Shown: positions 39,390 through 48,487 of the stretch, piece after piece | How positions within the stretch are numbered: the first letter of the stretch is position 1 | Layout: every line of letters starts with the position of its first letter | Assembly: GCA_043754535.1 (NCBI GenBank) | Contig: JAYUUN010000036.1 | Coordinates: forward strand, 1-49,487 | DNA length: 49,487 nucleotides | Reading direction: 5' to 3' | DNA from: Chloroflexota bacterium | Lineage (GTDB): Bacteria > Chloroflexota > Chloroflexia > QHBQ01 | The notes under the pieces: generated by a model | What the model saw: the letters and a program-made list of their open reading frames with translations, nothing else | The model's database searches: none | What the model was told of the DNA's origin: nothing | Program-made: the position numbers and the translations under genes

Positions 39390-39830
39390 GTGGCCGCACC
39401 CGATTGCATCTTCTGCCAGATCATAGCAGGCAAGCTGCCTGCAAAGGTCGTCTACGAGGACGACCACACACTCGCTTTCCTTGACATCAATCCCCTCAGT
39501 CGGGGTCACACCCTCGTAGTGCCAAAGGCGCACTCCACCGACATCTTTGACACGGAGGATGCGACCCTGGGTGCGCTAGCTGTCTCGACCAAGAAGGTGG
39601 CTGCCGTCGTGCGCCAGGCAATGAATGCCCCTGCCGTCAACCTGCTCAACGCTAACGGCTCGATGGCTGGGCAGACCGTCTTCCACCTGCATCTGCACAT
39701 AGTCCCCCGCTACCAGGGTGATGGGCTACGTGCCGTGGGGATGCACGCCACCGGAGCTAGCAAGTACACGGAAACGAACGCAGAAGGGGTGCAACAGGCG
39801 ATCCAGACGGCATTTGGTAGTGTAAAGTAA
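39390..39830 (+). CDS. HIT family nucleotide hydrolase
   Basis: CIFC, FLDINP, GHTLVVPK, AGQTVFHLHLHIVP. Confidence 0.92.
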   Translation: MAAPDCIFCQIIAGKLPAKVVYEDDHTLAFLDINPLSRGHTLVVPKAHSTDIFDTEDATLGALAVSTKKVAAVVRQAMNAPAVNLLNANGSMAGQTVFHLHLHIVPRYQGDGLRAVGMHATGASKYTETNAEGVQQAIQTAFGSVK

Positions 39831-39928
39831 TAAAACCAGTGCCTACTACGTTGTATGTATGAGCCACGCGCCGCGCCAGCGCATGGGCCACCTTGCTAGC
39901 CGAAGCCACCCCGCTAGAGGAGCGCAAC

Positions 39929-40381
39929 ATGAGAGAACAGGTTGCCGCCGAACCGATCCCTCCTTCACTGACGCAGGAGGAGCTACCCAACTTCGATACT
40001 TTCTGGCTGGGTCTCGGTGCCTGGCTAAAGAAGAAAAAGCAAATCCGCCATTGGAGCATCTGCAATAGCTACTTTGACCGCGAGTTTGAGGCTAGCTACG
40101 ATCCGCACCGCGACGTGGTGAAGGTAGTAGATATCAAGCTGCGGAAGCGGTCGTTTCAAGTCATGTACGAGAACTGGCACCAGTATGTAGGACGCAAGAT
40201 TAGCCGCCGTGAACTGTGTAGCAAGGATTTTTTCACTGGCTACACGATCAGCATCATGAAGGAGTACTTCGACTACTTTGCCAGCATCCAGGGCCTGGCC
40301 CTGCCCAAATACGTGGCTGCGCCCACCAGCAAGAAGCCACTGCCCCGTCCGCTCAAGCAGCCTGACCAGAAGGTAGCATAG
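39929..40381 (+). CDS. Hypothetical protein (150 aa)
   Basis: GAGGAG RBS before ATG 39929; coding-like codon usage; no family recognised. Confidence 0.65.
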   Translation: MREQVAAEPIPPSLTQEELPNFDTFWLGLGAWLKKKKQIRHWSICNSYFDREFEASYDPHRDVVKVVDIKLRKRSFQVMYENWHQYVGRKISRRELCSKDFFTGYTISIMKEYFDYFASIQGLALPKYVAAPTSKKPLPRPLKQPDQKVA

Positions 40382-40432
40382 GCAGATCGACAGCGTCCAG
40401 GCAAAAAGTGGGCGGTTTGGGCTGCAAAAGGC

Positions 40433-40462
40433 TTGACATTGACCCTGCTAATATATTATAAT
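40433..40462 (+). promoter_or_regulatory. Promoter of tRNA-Gly
   Basis: TTGACA-18 bp-TATAAT. Confidence 0.8.
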
Positions 40463-40500
40463 AGGCCGTGCCGTGAGGAAGTTGCGAAAGCAAATTGCCT

Positions 40501-40575
40501 GCGGGAGTGGCTCAGTGGTAGAGCATCTCCTTGCCAAGGAGAAGGTCGCGGGTTCGAGCCCCGTCTCCCGCTCCA
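40501..40575 (+). tRNA. tRNA-Gly (GCC)
   Basis: GCGGGAGTGGCTCAGTGGTAGAGCATCTCCTTGCCAAGGAGAAGGTCGCGGGTTCGAGCCCCGTCTCCCGCTCCA: cloverleaf, GCC anticodon, CCA end. Confidence 0.97.
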
Positions 40576-40588
40576 TGATGGAGTAGAT

Positions 40589-40625
40589 AGCCAGCCAGCG
40601 ATAACTTTCGCTAGCTGGCTTTTTT
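40589..40625 (+). terminator. Intrinsic terminator after tRNA-Gly
   Basis: AGCCAGCCAGCG...CGCTAGCTGGCT followed by TTTTT. Confidence 0.85.
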
Positions 40626-40788
40626 GTGCCGCCTATCAGAATAAGGCGATTGCTGTGGTCTCAGCAGGGGGCAAGTGGAAGATTTATGAAACGTTTATCC
40701 CCCTTTCTACCCGGTTATGGTATGATCAAGCAACGAGGTGGTGGGATGCGCCACCGACGTAGGACGCAGGCAAGTAGGAGGGTACAAG

Positions 40789-41322
40789 ATGCAATTCAGT
40801 GGGTTGGTGATCGGCGGGGCGATGTTCCTGGCGATCTGGGGCGGCCATGTGGGGGTACGTTGGTTGGAGGCACACAGCGTGCGCGTGTGGCCCCCTGCAT
40901 TGCTGCTGTTCCTGGCAGGCACGGGCCTGAACCTCTACGCCCTGTTCGGCAGCCGCGACGTGCTGCCAGGCGGCTTGTGCAGCGTCGTCGGCTTCACCTT
41001 GCTGTGGGATAGCCTGGAGGTATACCGCCAGATGTGGAGGGTGCTGCACAGCCACGCCCCTGCGAACCCAGCCAATCCCCGCCACGCCGCCTACTTGGCC
41101 GCTGGCAAGGGGACACTGGTTGACCTGCTCAAGCGCGAACCGCAGGGCAGCCGCTACGAGCCACCTGCGCCCCAGGCCGCTGCGCCAGTGGTGCCGACCT
41201 TTGCTGCAAGCTGCCCGATCTGCCACGACGCGAGCTGCATCCTCAGCCAGCGGCGGGCTGCTGTGCTACGTCAAGATTGGAATGCCGTGCGGGGCTGGCG
41301 CACAACGGAGGTGCAGGCATGA
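40789..41322 (+). CDS. DUF4491-like membrane protein
   Basis: Three TM segments; MQFSGLVIG...H...E and LLWDSLEVYRQ pattern paralleling the next gene; AGGAGG RBS. Confidence 0.65.
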   Translation: MQFSGLVIGGAMFLAIWGGHVGVRWLEAHSVRVWPPALLLFLAGTGLNLYALFGSRDVLPGGLCSVVGFTLLWDSLEVYRQMWRVLHSHAPANPANPRHAAYLAAGKGTLVDLLKREPQGSRYEPPAPQAAAPVVPTFAASCPICHDASCILSQRRAAVLRQDWNAVRGWRTTEVQA

Positions 41323-41651
41323 ACTGGGCTGCGATAGCTATGGGCTTCTTTTCACTGGGCATCATCGGCCTCGGCTTCTTCTGGGTGATCCGCATGGAAT
41401 ACTACCTCGGCTACCTCTGGTGGCCCTATGTGCTGGCGGTTGGGGTGCTGCTGCTCGGCGGCTCACTATTCGTCGCTGACGCTGGCTGGTCGGCCCTGCT
41501 CGGCATCTTCGGTGGCTCGGTGTTTTGGGGTGCAACGGAGTTGAAGGAGCAGGCAGTGCGGGCTGAAGTTGGCTGGTTCAAGTTCCGCAGCCCCAAGCAG
41601 GAGCCACCTGGGGTCGAGCGAATCAGGAAGTGGCACGCTCCGCACCTCTAA
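41319..41651 (+). CDS. DUF4491 family membrane protein
   Basis: VIRMEYYLG, SALLG, FWGATELKEQ, GWF; ATGA-coupled to the previous gene; GGAGG RBS. Confidence 0.75.
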   Translation: MNWAAIAMGFFSLGIIGLGFFWVIRMEYYLGYLWWPYVLAVGVLLLGGSLFVADAGWSALLGIFGGSVFWGATELKEQAVRAEVGWFKFRSPKQEPPGVERIRKWHAPHL

Positions 41652-41823
41652 ATTAGGCGAGAGGATTGGCCGTGGGCGGCTATGCAGACCAATAACGCAC
41701 TTTTTGGCGGCAACGACGAGCAGGTGGGTGAGGAAGAACTTTGAGCTAGCCCTCAACCTATCGCTCTTAGCAGTGCGCTATCTGCCTCCTATGGCCTGGA
41801 TTAGCTACGTAGCGGTTGCTGAC

Positions 41824-41852
41824 TGGACAGGGTGATAGTTATGTGGTATAAT
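41824..41852 (+). promoter_or_regulatory. Dedicated promoter of the stand-alone rpoA
   Basis: TGGACA-17 bp-TATAAT with extended TG. Confidence 0.7.
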
Positions 41853-41921
41853 AACGTTTGCGCCCGACTTTGGCGAGGCGTATTTGTGTTTGCATAACTT
41901 ACCAGTGGGGGGTGGATCGTT

Positions 41922-43100
41922 TTGCTGGATATTATCCTGCCCGAAATCGAACAGATCGTCACCGATGTGGATCATGCTCGCTTCAAGATCGAGCCGCTGG
42001 AGCCAGGTTGGGGTTACACGCTGGGCAATGCCCTGCGCCGCATCCTGACCAACTCACTGCCGGGTGCAGCCGTGACCGCCGTCAAGCTCTCCGCCGAACC
42101 GGGCGCAGATGGGCGGCTACCGCAGATCGAAGAAGATATCATTGACGTGATCCTCAACACCAAGCAGCTACGTCTGCGCTACCGTGGCGACCAGCCCGTG
42201 CGTGTTCACCTGAAGGTGGACGGCAAGAAGGGGTCGCTGACCGCCGCCAACCTGCAACTGCCAGAGGGGGTCGAGGTGATGAACCCCGACAGCGAACTAG
42301 TGCATAGCACTGGCAGCAAGGGGGGGTTGGAGATCGAGATGCTGGTACAGCAGGGCTTTGGCTACAGCCCAGCAGAGCAGCACGCCGAATACACGCCCTT
42401 CGATATGACCCCGATTGATGCGCTCTACTCGCCAATCCCCCGCCTCAACTACGTCGTCGAACACACCCGCCTCGGCCAGCGCACCGACTACGACCGCCTA
42501 CTACTGGATATCTGGACTGATGGTTCGATTGAACCGGTCGAGGCTCTGCGTCAGGCTGCCCAAATCCTCACCCGCCATGGGCAGATCGTCGCCAGCTTCA
42601 GCGGCACGATTGTCGAGGACGAGGTAGAGGAGGTGGAGGAGGTGCCGGTCACTTCGCCTAGCATCAACATCCCGATTGAGCAACTTAACCTTACCAGCCG
42701 CACCTTCAACGCCCTCAAGCGGGCTTACATAGACACGGTGGGCCAGGTGCTAACCATGACCGACAACGAGTTGCTCGGCCTGCGGAACTTCGGCCAGAAG
42801 GCGTTGGACGAGCTGCGCGAGAAGCTGGTTGAGCGGGGGTTGGCTGGCGAAGCAGCGGCTAACCCCCTGCGCGGTAGTCTCACCCCCATGGGCCACGAGC
42901 AGGGTGGTGACGATGATAGCGGCCAGGACGCGCCAGAGCAGACTACCAGGAGCAGCAAGAAGACGAGCAAGCAGGGCAGTCGCCTGACCAGCCTCAGCGA
43001 ACTCGCTACTCTTGCACCTGATTTGGACAGTGAAGACCAGGATGAATCAGGAGAGGACGAGGCAGACAAGGACGAAGTAGACCAGGGCGACGCAGAGTAG
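41922..43100 (+). CDS. rpoA: RNA polymerase alpha subunit, stand-alone and divergent copy with acidic C-terminal tail
   Basis: EPLEPGWGYTLGNALRRIL, IDALYSP, IWTDGSI, alphaCTD IEQLNLTSRTFNALKRA...RNFGQKAL. Confidence 0.92.
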   Translation: MLDIILPEIEQIVTDVDHARFKIEPLEPGWGYTLGNALRRILTNSLPGAAVTAVKLSAEPGADGRLPQIEEDIIDVILNTKQLRLRYRGDQPVRVHLKVDGKKGSLTAANLQLPEGVEVMNPDSELVHSTGSKGGLEIEMLVQQGFGYSPAEQHAEYTPFDMTPIDALYSPIPRLNYVVEHTRLGQRTDYDRLLLDIWTDGSIEPVEALRQAAQILTRHGQIVASFSGTIVEDEVEEVEEVPVTSPSINIPIEQLNLTSRTFNALKRAYIDTVGQVLTMTDNELLGLRNFGQKALDELREKLVERGLAGEAAANPLRGSLTPMGHEQGGDDDSGQDAPEQTTRSSKKTSKQGSRLTSLSELATLAPDLDSEDQDESGEDEADKDEVDQGDAE

Positions 43101-43120
43101 CATAGCAACAACCCAACAGC

Positions 43121-43156
43121 AAAAGCAGCCCTTTGCTATCCGCAGGGGGCTGCTTT
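43121..43156. terminator. Bidirectional terminator between rpoA and ftsK
   Basis: AAAAGCAGCCCTTTGC-tatcc-GCAGGGGGCTGCTTT. Confidence 0.8.
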
Positions 43157-43173
43157 CGTCTTCGCTCCTTCAC

Positions 43174-46122
43174 CTACTGCTGTCGAACCCGCGGCGGCGC
43201 AAAGTCTGCGCTACCCTCCTCGTCATCCTCGTCAGGTGCTTCCTCGGCCTGTCGGTTCACTTCGGCTTTGCTGGCGACCACAGGCGGGACGATCTCGGCT
43301 ACGCTGCCGTCATCCTCGGTTAGCAGCACAGAGCGCGGGCGGCCACCCTCAGAGGGGCCGACGATACCACGCTGCTCCAATAGGTCAATCAGCTTACTGG
43401 CCTGGTTGAAGCCGACCCGCAGCTTGCGTTGCAGCAGCGAGGTGGAGACGAAGTTGTGCTTGCGGGCAAGCTGGATCGCCTGCTTCAGCATCGCCTCATC
43501 GGTCTGCGCCTCATCCATCGCGTTCGGGTTCGCCCCACTCTCGATCTCGCGCATCCACTTCGGCACCTCAACCGCCGTTGGGTTGACCCCAGTCTCCTCC
43601 TCAATCTGGCCTGCCATCTGCCGCCAGTAGATCACGATCTCGTCCACCTCCTTGTCGGAGACGTAGGTACCCTGAATCCGCAGCATCTTGCTATCGTCCG
43701 ACGCGCTGTAGAGCATATCACCGCGCCCCAACAGCTTCTCAGCACCAGGGGTGTCCAGGATTACCCGACTGTCTACCATCGAAGTGACAGCGAAGGCAAT
43801 CCGAGCCGGGAAGTTGGCCTTGATCAGGCCGGTGACCACATCCACACGGGGCGACTGGGTGGCTATGATCAGGTGCAATCCGGTAGCGCGGGCTAGCTGG
43901 GCGAGGCGGCAAAGGCTGGTCTCTACCTCCTCTGGGGCAGTGAGCATCAGGTCGGCTAGTTCATCAATGATGATCACAATATAGGGCAGGCTCTCAAGGC
44001 CCGCACTCTCTTTCGCCTCGTTGTGGTACTGCTCTATGTTGCGAAAGCTAACCACCTGGCTGCCATCCGCCCGCTTGTAGCCCTTTGCAAACAGCTTGTA
44101 GCGGCGTTCCATCTCCCACAAGGCCCACTTCAGCACCTCAACCGCCGTCAACTGGCGGTTCAGTGGCCCCTCCTCATCCTTGTCGCGCTTCAGTTCGGTG
44201 ACCACGGGGCGTAGCAGGTGGGGGATACCGTTGAAGTTGGTCAACTCCACCCGCTTGGGGTCGATCATCAACATCCGTAGCGTCTCCGGGGTGTGCTGAA
44301 AGATGAAGCTGGCGATGATCGAGTTGAGGCAGACCGACTTACCAGAGCCGGTGCTGCCGCCCACCAGCAAGTGGGGCATCTTGGTGAGGTCGGCAACCAC
44401 GGAGCGGCCCTGGGTGTCTTTGCCGAGCGGGATCAGCAGCTTGCCCTTGACGGCGGCCCGTTGGAAGGCTTCGCTCTCCAATGTCTCGCGCAGACCGACC
44501 ACTGAGCTACTGGGATTCGGCACCTCCACTCCTACATAGGGCAGGTTCGGCACAGGGGCTTCGATCCGCACGCTGGGCGCAGCCAGGGCAAGCGCGAGGT
44601 CGTTGGCGAGGCCGACGATCTTGGCGACCCGCACCCGCTCCAGCCGAGGGTCGCGTGCGCCGCCCACATTGCGGTCACCTGGGGCAATCAAGAACTGGGT
44701 GACGGCAGGGCCGGTGTTATAGCCAGTGCGGTCGTCTGGGGCGGTGACTGGCACGCCAAAGCTGGCAAGGGTGTCAATGATCGTCTGCAAGCGGCGTTGG
44801 TTGGTCACGTTGTCCACCAGCCCACCACTAGTGCGTTCGAGCATATCGGTGCTGGGCCTGAGCCAGAGGTTGTGGCTTTTACTGGCCGGGATGTTGAGCG
44901 GCAGTTGCGCTCCCGACTGCCCGTCGGATGGAGCGGGCTGGCTGGCAAGCAGGCGGATCGCTGGCTTTGCAGTGGCAAGCGGGTTGCTGGCCGCAAGCTC
45001 TGTGCTACTAGCGAGGTTGATGCTTGGCCTGCGGAGGGGAGTGGGTGGCTCTGGCACGTGATCGATGCGCTCGGTGGGGGCGAGGGCGCGGCTGCGGCTA
45101 GCGGGAGCGGGCGAACCAGGTAGGTCGCTGGTATTCAGGTCGCGCTCAAAGTCGCTGGCACTAACCCGTCCACCGGCACTGCGGCTGCCGCGCTTGGGTG
45201 CAGCGAGGGTTATGTCGGTGGTGGGGTTCGCCAGCAAGCGGCGGCGCAGCGAGTCTTCGCGCTCCTTACTCTTACTGTCCTGCAAAGGTGGCTCGGTGCT
45301 AGCAGCTGGCGGTTGCGTCGGCGACGGCCTGATAGCTGCCTTGCTGACCCGACCGAGGCTCCGCACCATGTCGCCGAGCGACACCTGGAAGGTGAGGATC
45401 ACCCCGATCAGCACGATAGCCAGTAGCAGGAAGAAAGCACCCGCTGCGCTAAACCACTCCTTGAAGTGGCCGCCGATGAACGCGCCGACGGCACCGCCAC
45501 CCTCTGTGCTAAAGGCGACATTAAGCAGCCCCTCAGCAGCGAGGACGAGTAGCAACAGGCCCGCCCAAGTTTCGCTACCTAGCCGCCGCTTGAGGCCACC
45601 TTGCACGACCATCGCCACCGCCAACGCACCGATCACCAACGGCAGCAGCCACGCGCCAGTGCCGAATGCTGCCTGCAACGACTGACCTACGCCACCTATC
45701 ACCGCACCATCCTTCGCCTGCAGGGCTACGCCGATTAGCACAGCGATCACGACTAGCACAATTGCGGCGATCTCAAGCTGCTGCTTCTGGTCAACCTGCA
45801 TCCCACCGCTGGCGGGCTTGCGGCGGCTGACTGCTGGGCTACGGCTGCCGCTATTGCGGGTGGGCGTGCTGGTAGTGCGCGGCGGTGGGCTGGGGCGTGG
45901 CGCGGGAGGCGGGTGGCTAGCATTGCCGCTCCCCTTGCTACCCTGCGTGCTGGCTGTTACCCGACGAGCGGCAGCGGCAGTGCTGACCGGGCGGTTGGGT
46001 GGTGCGGCGGGCGGGGCCGGGTGGCGGCTAACGGCTGGCGGCGTGGCTGGCACGGCGCGACTGCTGGCCCGCTGAGGGCTACTTACCTCTTTGTTCTGCT
46101 CGTTCTTGCTAGCCACCGGCAC
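43174..46122 (-). CDS. ftsK: FtsK/SpoIIIE DNA translocase
   Basis: 4-TM N-terminal domain, PHLLVGGSTGSGKS, IDPKRVEL, IIDELADLM, GAEKLLGRGDML, gamma domain STSLLQRKLRVGFN. Confidence 0.95.
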   Translation of the reverse strand: MPVASKNEQNKEVSSPQRASSRAVPATPPAVSRHPAPPAAPPNRPVSTAAAARRVTASTQGSKGSGNASHPPPAPRPSPPPRTTSTPTRNSGSRSPAVSRRKPASGGMQVDQKQQLEIAAIVLVVIAVLIGVALQAKDGAVIGGVGQSLQAAFGTGAWLLPLVIGALAVAMVVQGGLKRRLGSETWAGLLLLVLAAEGLLNVAFSTEGGGAVGAFIGGHFKEWFSAAGAFFLLLAIVLIGVILTFQVSLGDMVRSLGRVSKAAIRPSPTQPPAASTEPPLQDSKSKEREDSLRRRLLANPTTDITLAAPKRGSRSAGGRVSASDFERDLNTSDLPGSPAPASRSRALAPTERIDHVPEPPTPLRRPSINLASSTELAASNPLATAKPAIRLLASQPAPSDGQSGAQLPLNIPASKSHNLWLRPSTDMLERTSGGLVDNVTNQRRLQTIIDTLASFGVPVTAPDDRTGYNTGPAVTQFLIAPGDRNVGGARDPRLERVRVAKIVGLANDLALALAAPSVRIEAPVPNLPYVGVEVPNPSSSVVGLRETLESEAFQRAAVKGKLLIPLGKDTQGRSVVADLTKMPHLLVGGSTGSGKSVCLNSIIASFIFQHTPETLRMLMIDPKRVELTNFNGIPHLLRPVVTELKRDKDEEGPLNRQLTAVEVLKWALWEMERRYKLFAKGYKRADGSQVVSFRNIEQYHNEAKESAGLESLPYIVIIIDELADLMLTAPEEVETSLCRLAQLARATGLHLIIATQSPRVDVVTGLIKANFPARIAFAVTSMVDSRVILDTPGAEKLLGRGDMLYSASDDSKMLRIQGTYVSDKEVDEIVIYWRQMAGQIEEETGVNPTAVEVPKWMREIESGANPNAMDEAQTDEAMLKQAIQLARKHNFVSTSLLQRKLRVGFNQASKLIDLLEQRGIVGPSEGGRPRSVLLTEDDGSVAEIVPPVVASKAEVNRQAEEAPDEDDEEGSADFAPPRVRQQ

Positions 46123-46148
46123 GTTCCCCCATCATGACATAATCTGCT

Positions 46149-46160
46149 GAACAATTGTTC
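46149..46160. promoter_or_regulatory. LexA SOS box (GAAC-N4-GTTC type) just downstream of the ftsK promoter
   Basis: Perfect palindrome GAACAATTGTTC, 10 nt downstream of the minus-strand -10 element. Confidence 0.7.
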
Positions 46161-46170
46161 TCTGTCCTCA

Positions 46171-46198
46171 ATTATAGCATAAACTTGCGATTTGTCAA
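46171..46198 (-). promoter_or_regulatory. ftsK promoter
   Basis: TTGACA-16 bp-TATAAT with extended TG on the minus strand. Confidence 0.75.
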
Positions 46199-46365
46199 CC
46201 ATCTTTGGCGGCTAAAAGCAGCTAGCGGACAGGTATAGTGGGCGAGCGGATCAAAGAGCAGCTAGCTTGTTGAGTTGCCACAGCTACTCGCCGACCAGCA
46301 CCCATCCACTAGCAGATACGGCCCTAGCGGAGTGGCAGCCAGGGGTTTGCGCCCCAACAATGGTG

Positions 46366-46374
46366 TGCTATAAT
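46366..46374 (+). promoter_or_regulatory. Extended -10 promoter of acs
   Basis: TGCTATAAT about 45 nt upstream of GTG 46418. Confidence 0.55.
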
Positions 46375-46417
46375 GGGGGACAGCGGAAAACCAGGCACAT
46401 AGCAAGGAGAAAACAGC

Positions 46418-48385
46418 GTGACGGATGCGATCAGCAGACCTGTTTACAAGCGACCAGAGTTCGACCACACGGATCGCGTGCTGCACGAGGATCGTCACTT
46501 CGTGCCGAGCGAGGCCGAAGTCTCCAACGCCAACCTCACTGCCTACATGAGGAGCAAGGGCTTTGACGATTACGAAGCCTTCCACGCCTGGTCGGTTGCC
46601 AATGCCGAGGAATATTGGAGCGATATGGCACACGATCTGCACTGGTTCACCCCCTGGCAGAGCGTATTCGAGTGGACAGAGCGGCCCGCCTTCAAGTGGT
46701 TCAGCGGTGCGACCTGCAATATCGCCTACAACTGCCTGGATCGGCACAAAGGTACTCCCACCTGGGAGAAGGTGGCCTACCACTGGCTGAACGAGGCGGG
46801 CGACCAGTACAAGGCGATCACCTACGCCGACCTTTACGCCGAGGTCAACCGCTGCGCTGCTGCCCTCAAGCAGCTTGGCATCCAGAGGGGCGACCGCGTG
46901 ACTATCTACCTGCCGCGCATCCCTGAGATAGTGGTTGCTATGCTAGCGGTGGCCCGTATCGGGGCTGTCCACAGCGTCGTCTTCGCTGGCTTCGCTGCTT
47001 CTGCCCTGGTAGACCGCATTGATGATGCTGAGTGCAAGATGGTAATTACCTGCGACTCCTATACTTACAAAGGTAAGGAAGTGCGCCTCAAGGCCATCGT
47101 GGATGAAGCTGTGGCCCGCACGCCAAGTATCGAGAAAGTGCTGGTAGTCAAGCGCAACGATAGCGAAGTGAGTATGCAGACGGGCCGTGACGTATGGTGG
47201 CACGAGACGGTTGGTGTGCAGCCAGCAGGCGTAGAAGCACCCGTCGAGCAAATGGATAGCGAAGACCCTCTCTATATCCTCTACACTTCGGGTAGCACTG
47301 GCAAGCCGAAGGGGGTGCTGCACGTGCATGGTGGCTACGCCGTTGGCTGCCACGCCACTACCCGCTTCGTCTTCGACATCAAGCCCGACGATGTATACTG
47401 GTGTTCTGCCGATCCTGGCTGGGTAACCGGTCACAGCTACATCATCTACGGGCCATTGATGACTGGGGCAACCTCAGTTCTCTTTGAGGGAGCGATGGAC
47501 TACCCCGACCCTGGGCAGTGGTGGAAGCTGATCGAGCAGTACAAGGTGACGATCTTCTACACCGCGCCAACCGCAATCCGTGCTTTGATGAAGTATGGCG
47601 AGAGCTTCCCTGCCAAGTATGACCTTAGCAGTCTGCGCTTGCTCGGCAGCGTCGGCGAGCCGATCAACCCCGAAGCGTGGCTTTGGTACCGCAAGGTGAC
47701 AGGCAATCGCCTACCGATCATGGATACCTGGTGGCAGACCGAGACCGGCGCGATCATGATCAGCCCGACGATCCTCACCCCGCTTAAGCCGGGGTCGGCC
47801 ACCACGCCACTGCCTGGCATTGACGCGGATGTGGTGAACGTCAACGGTGACAGGGTGGGCAAGGGAGCAGGCGGCTTCCTGATCATCCGCAAGCCCTGGC
47901 CGAGCATGATGCGGACGATCTACAAGGCAACTGAACGCTACCAGTCGTACTGGACCGTGATCCCCAACGTGTACTTCGCGGGCGACGCAGCCTACTGCGA
48001 TGAGGACGGCTACTACTGGATGCAGGGGCGGGTGGACGACGTGATCAAGGTTAGCGGCCACCGCCTCGGTAGCAGCGAGATCGAGAGCAGCCTGGTCAGC
48101 CACCCTGCCGTCGCCGAGTCCGCCGCCATCGGCTTGCCCGACGATCTGACGGGCGAGAAGGTGCGCGTGCTGGTAATCCTCAAGCGAGGCCACACCGCTA
48201 GCGACGAACTGGCCGCCGAACTGAAGCTGCACGTGCGGAAGGAGATCGGCCCCATCGCAGTGCCGAAGGAGATCGAGTTCGTCGAGGGACTACCCAAGAC
48301 CCGCAGCGGCAAGATCATGCGACGCGTAATCCGCGCGCGTGCGCTCGGCGAGCCAGAGGGCGATCTCAGTACGCTGGAGAGCTAG
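46418..48385 (+). CDS. acs: Acetyl-CoA synthetase
   Basis: YTSGSTGKPKG, GWVTGHSY, SVGEPINPEAW, DTWWQTETG, LPKTRSGKIMRR; AAGGAG RBS. Confidence 0.96.
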   Translation: MTDAISRPVYKRPEFDHTDRVLHEDRHFVPSEAEVSNANLTAYMRSKGFDDYEAFHAWSVANAEEYWSDMAHDLHWFTPWQSVFEWTERPAFKWFSGATCNIAYNCLDRHKGTPTWEKVAYHWLNEAGDQYKAITYADLYAEVNRCAAALKQLGIQRGDRVTIYLPRIPEIVVAMLAVARIGAVHSVVFAGFAASALVDRIDDAECKMVITCDSYTYKGKEVRLKAIVDEAVARTPSIEKVLVVKRNDSEVSMQTGRDVWWHETVGVQPAGVEAPVEQMDSEDPLYILYTSGSTGKPKGVLHVHGGYAVGCHATTRFVFDIKPDDVYWCSADPGWVTGHSYIIYGPLMTGATSVLFEGAMDYPDPGQWWKLIEQYKVTIFYTAPTAIRALMKYGESFPAKYDLSSLRLLGSVGEPINPEAWLWYRKVTGNRLPIMDTWWQTETGAIMISPTILTPLKPGSATTPLPGIDADVVNVNGDRVGKGAGGFLIIRKPWPSMMRTIYKATERYQSYWTVIPNVYFAGDAAYCDEDGYYWMQGRVDDVIKVSGHRLGSSEIESSLVSHPAVAESAAIGLPDDLTGEKVRVLVILKRGHTASDELAAELKLHVRKEIGPIAVPKEIEFVEGLPKTRSGKIMRRVIRARALGEPEGDLSTLES

Positions 48386-48487
48386 TGGGCGGCTGGAAGC
48401 AGCAAACAGCAGCGGGGGCGCAGAGATTGCGTCCTTTTTGCTTGCCACCGGCGTATACAATGCAGAAAACTATGACAGGGGAGTGAA

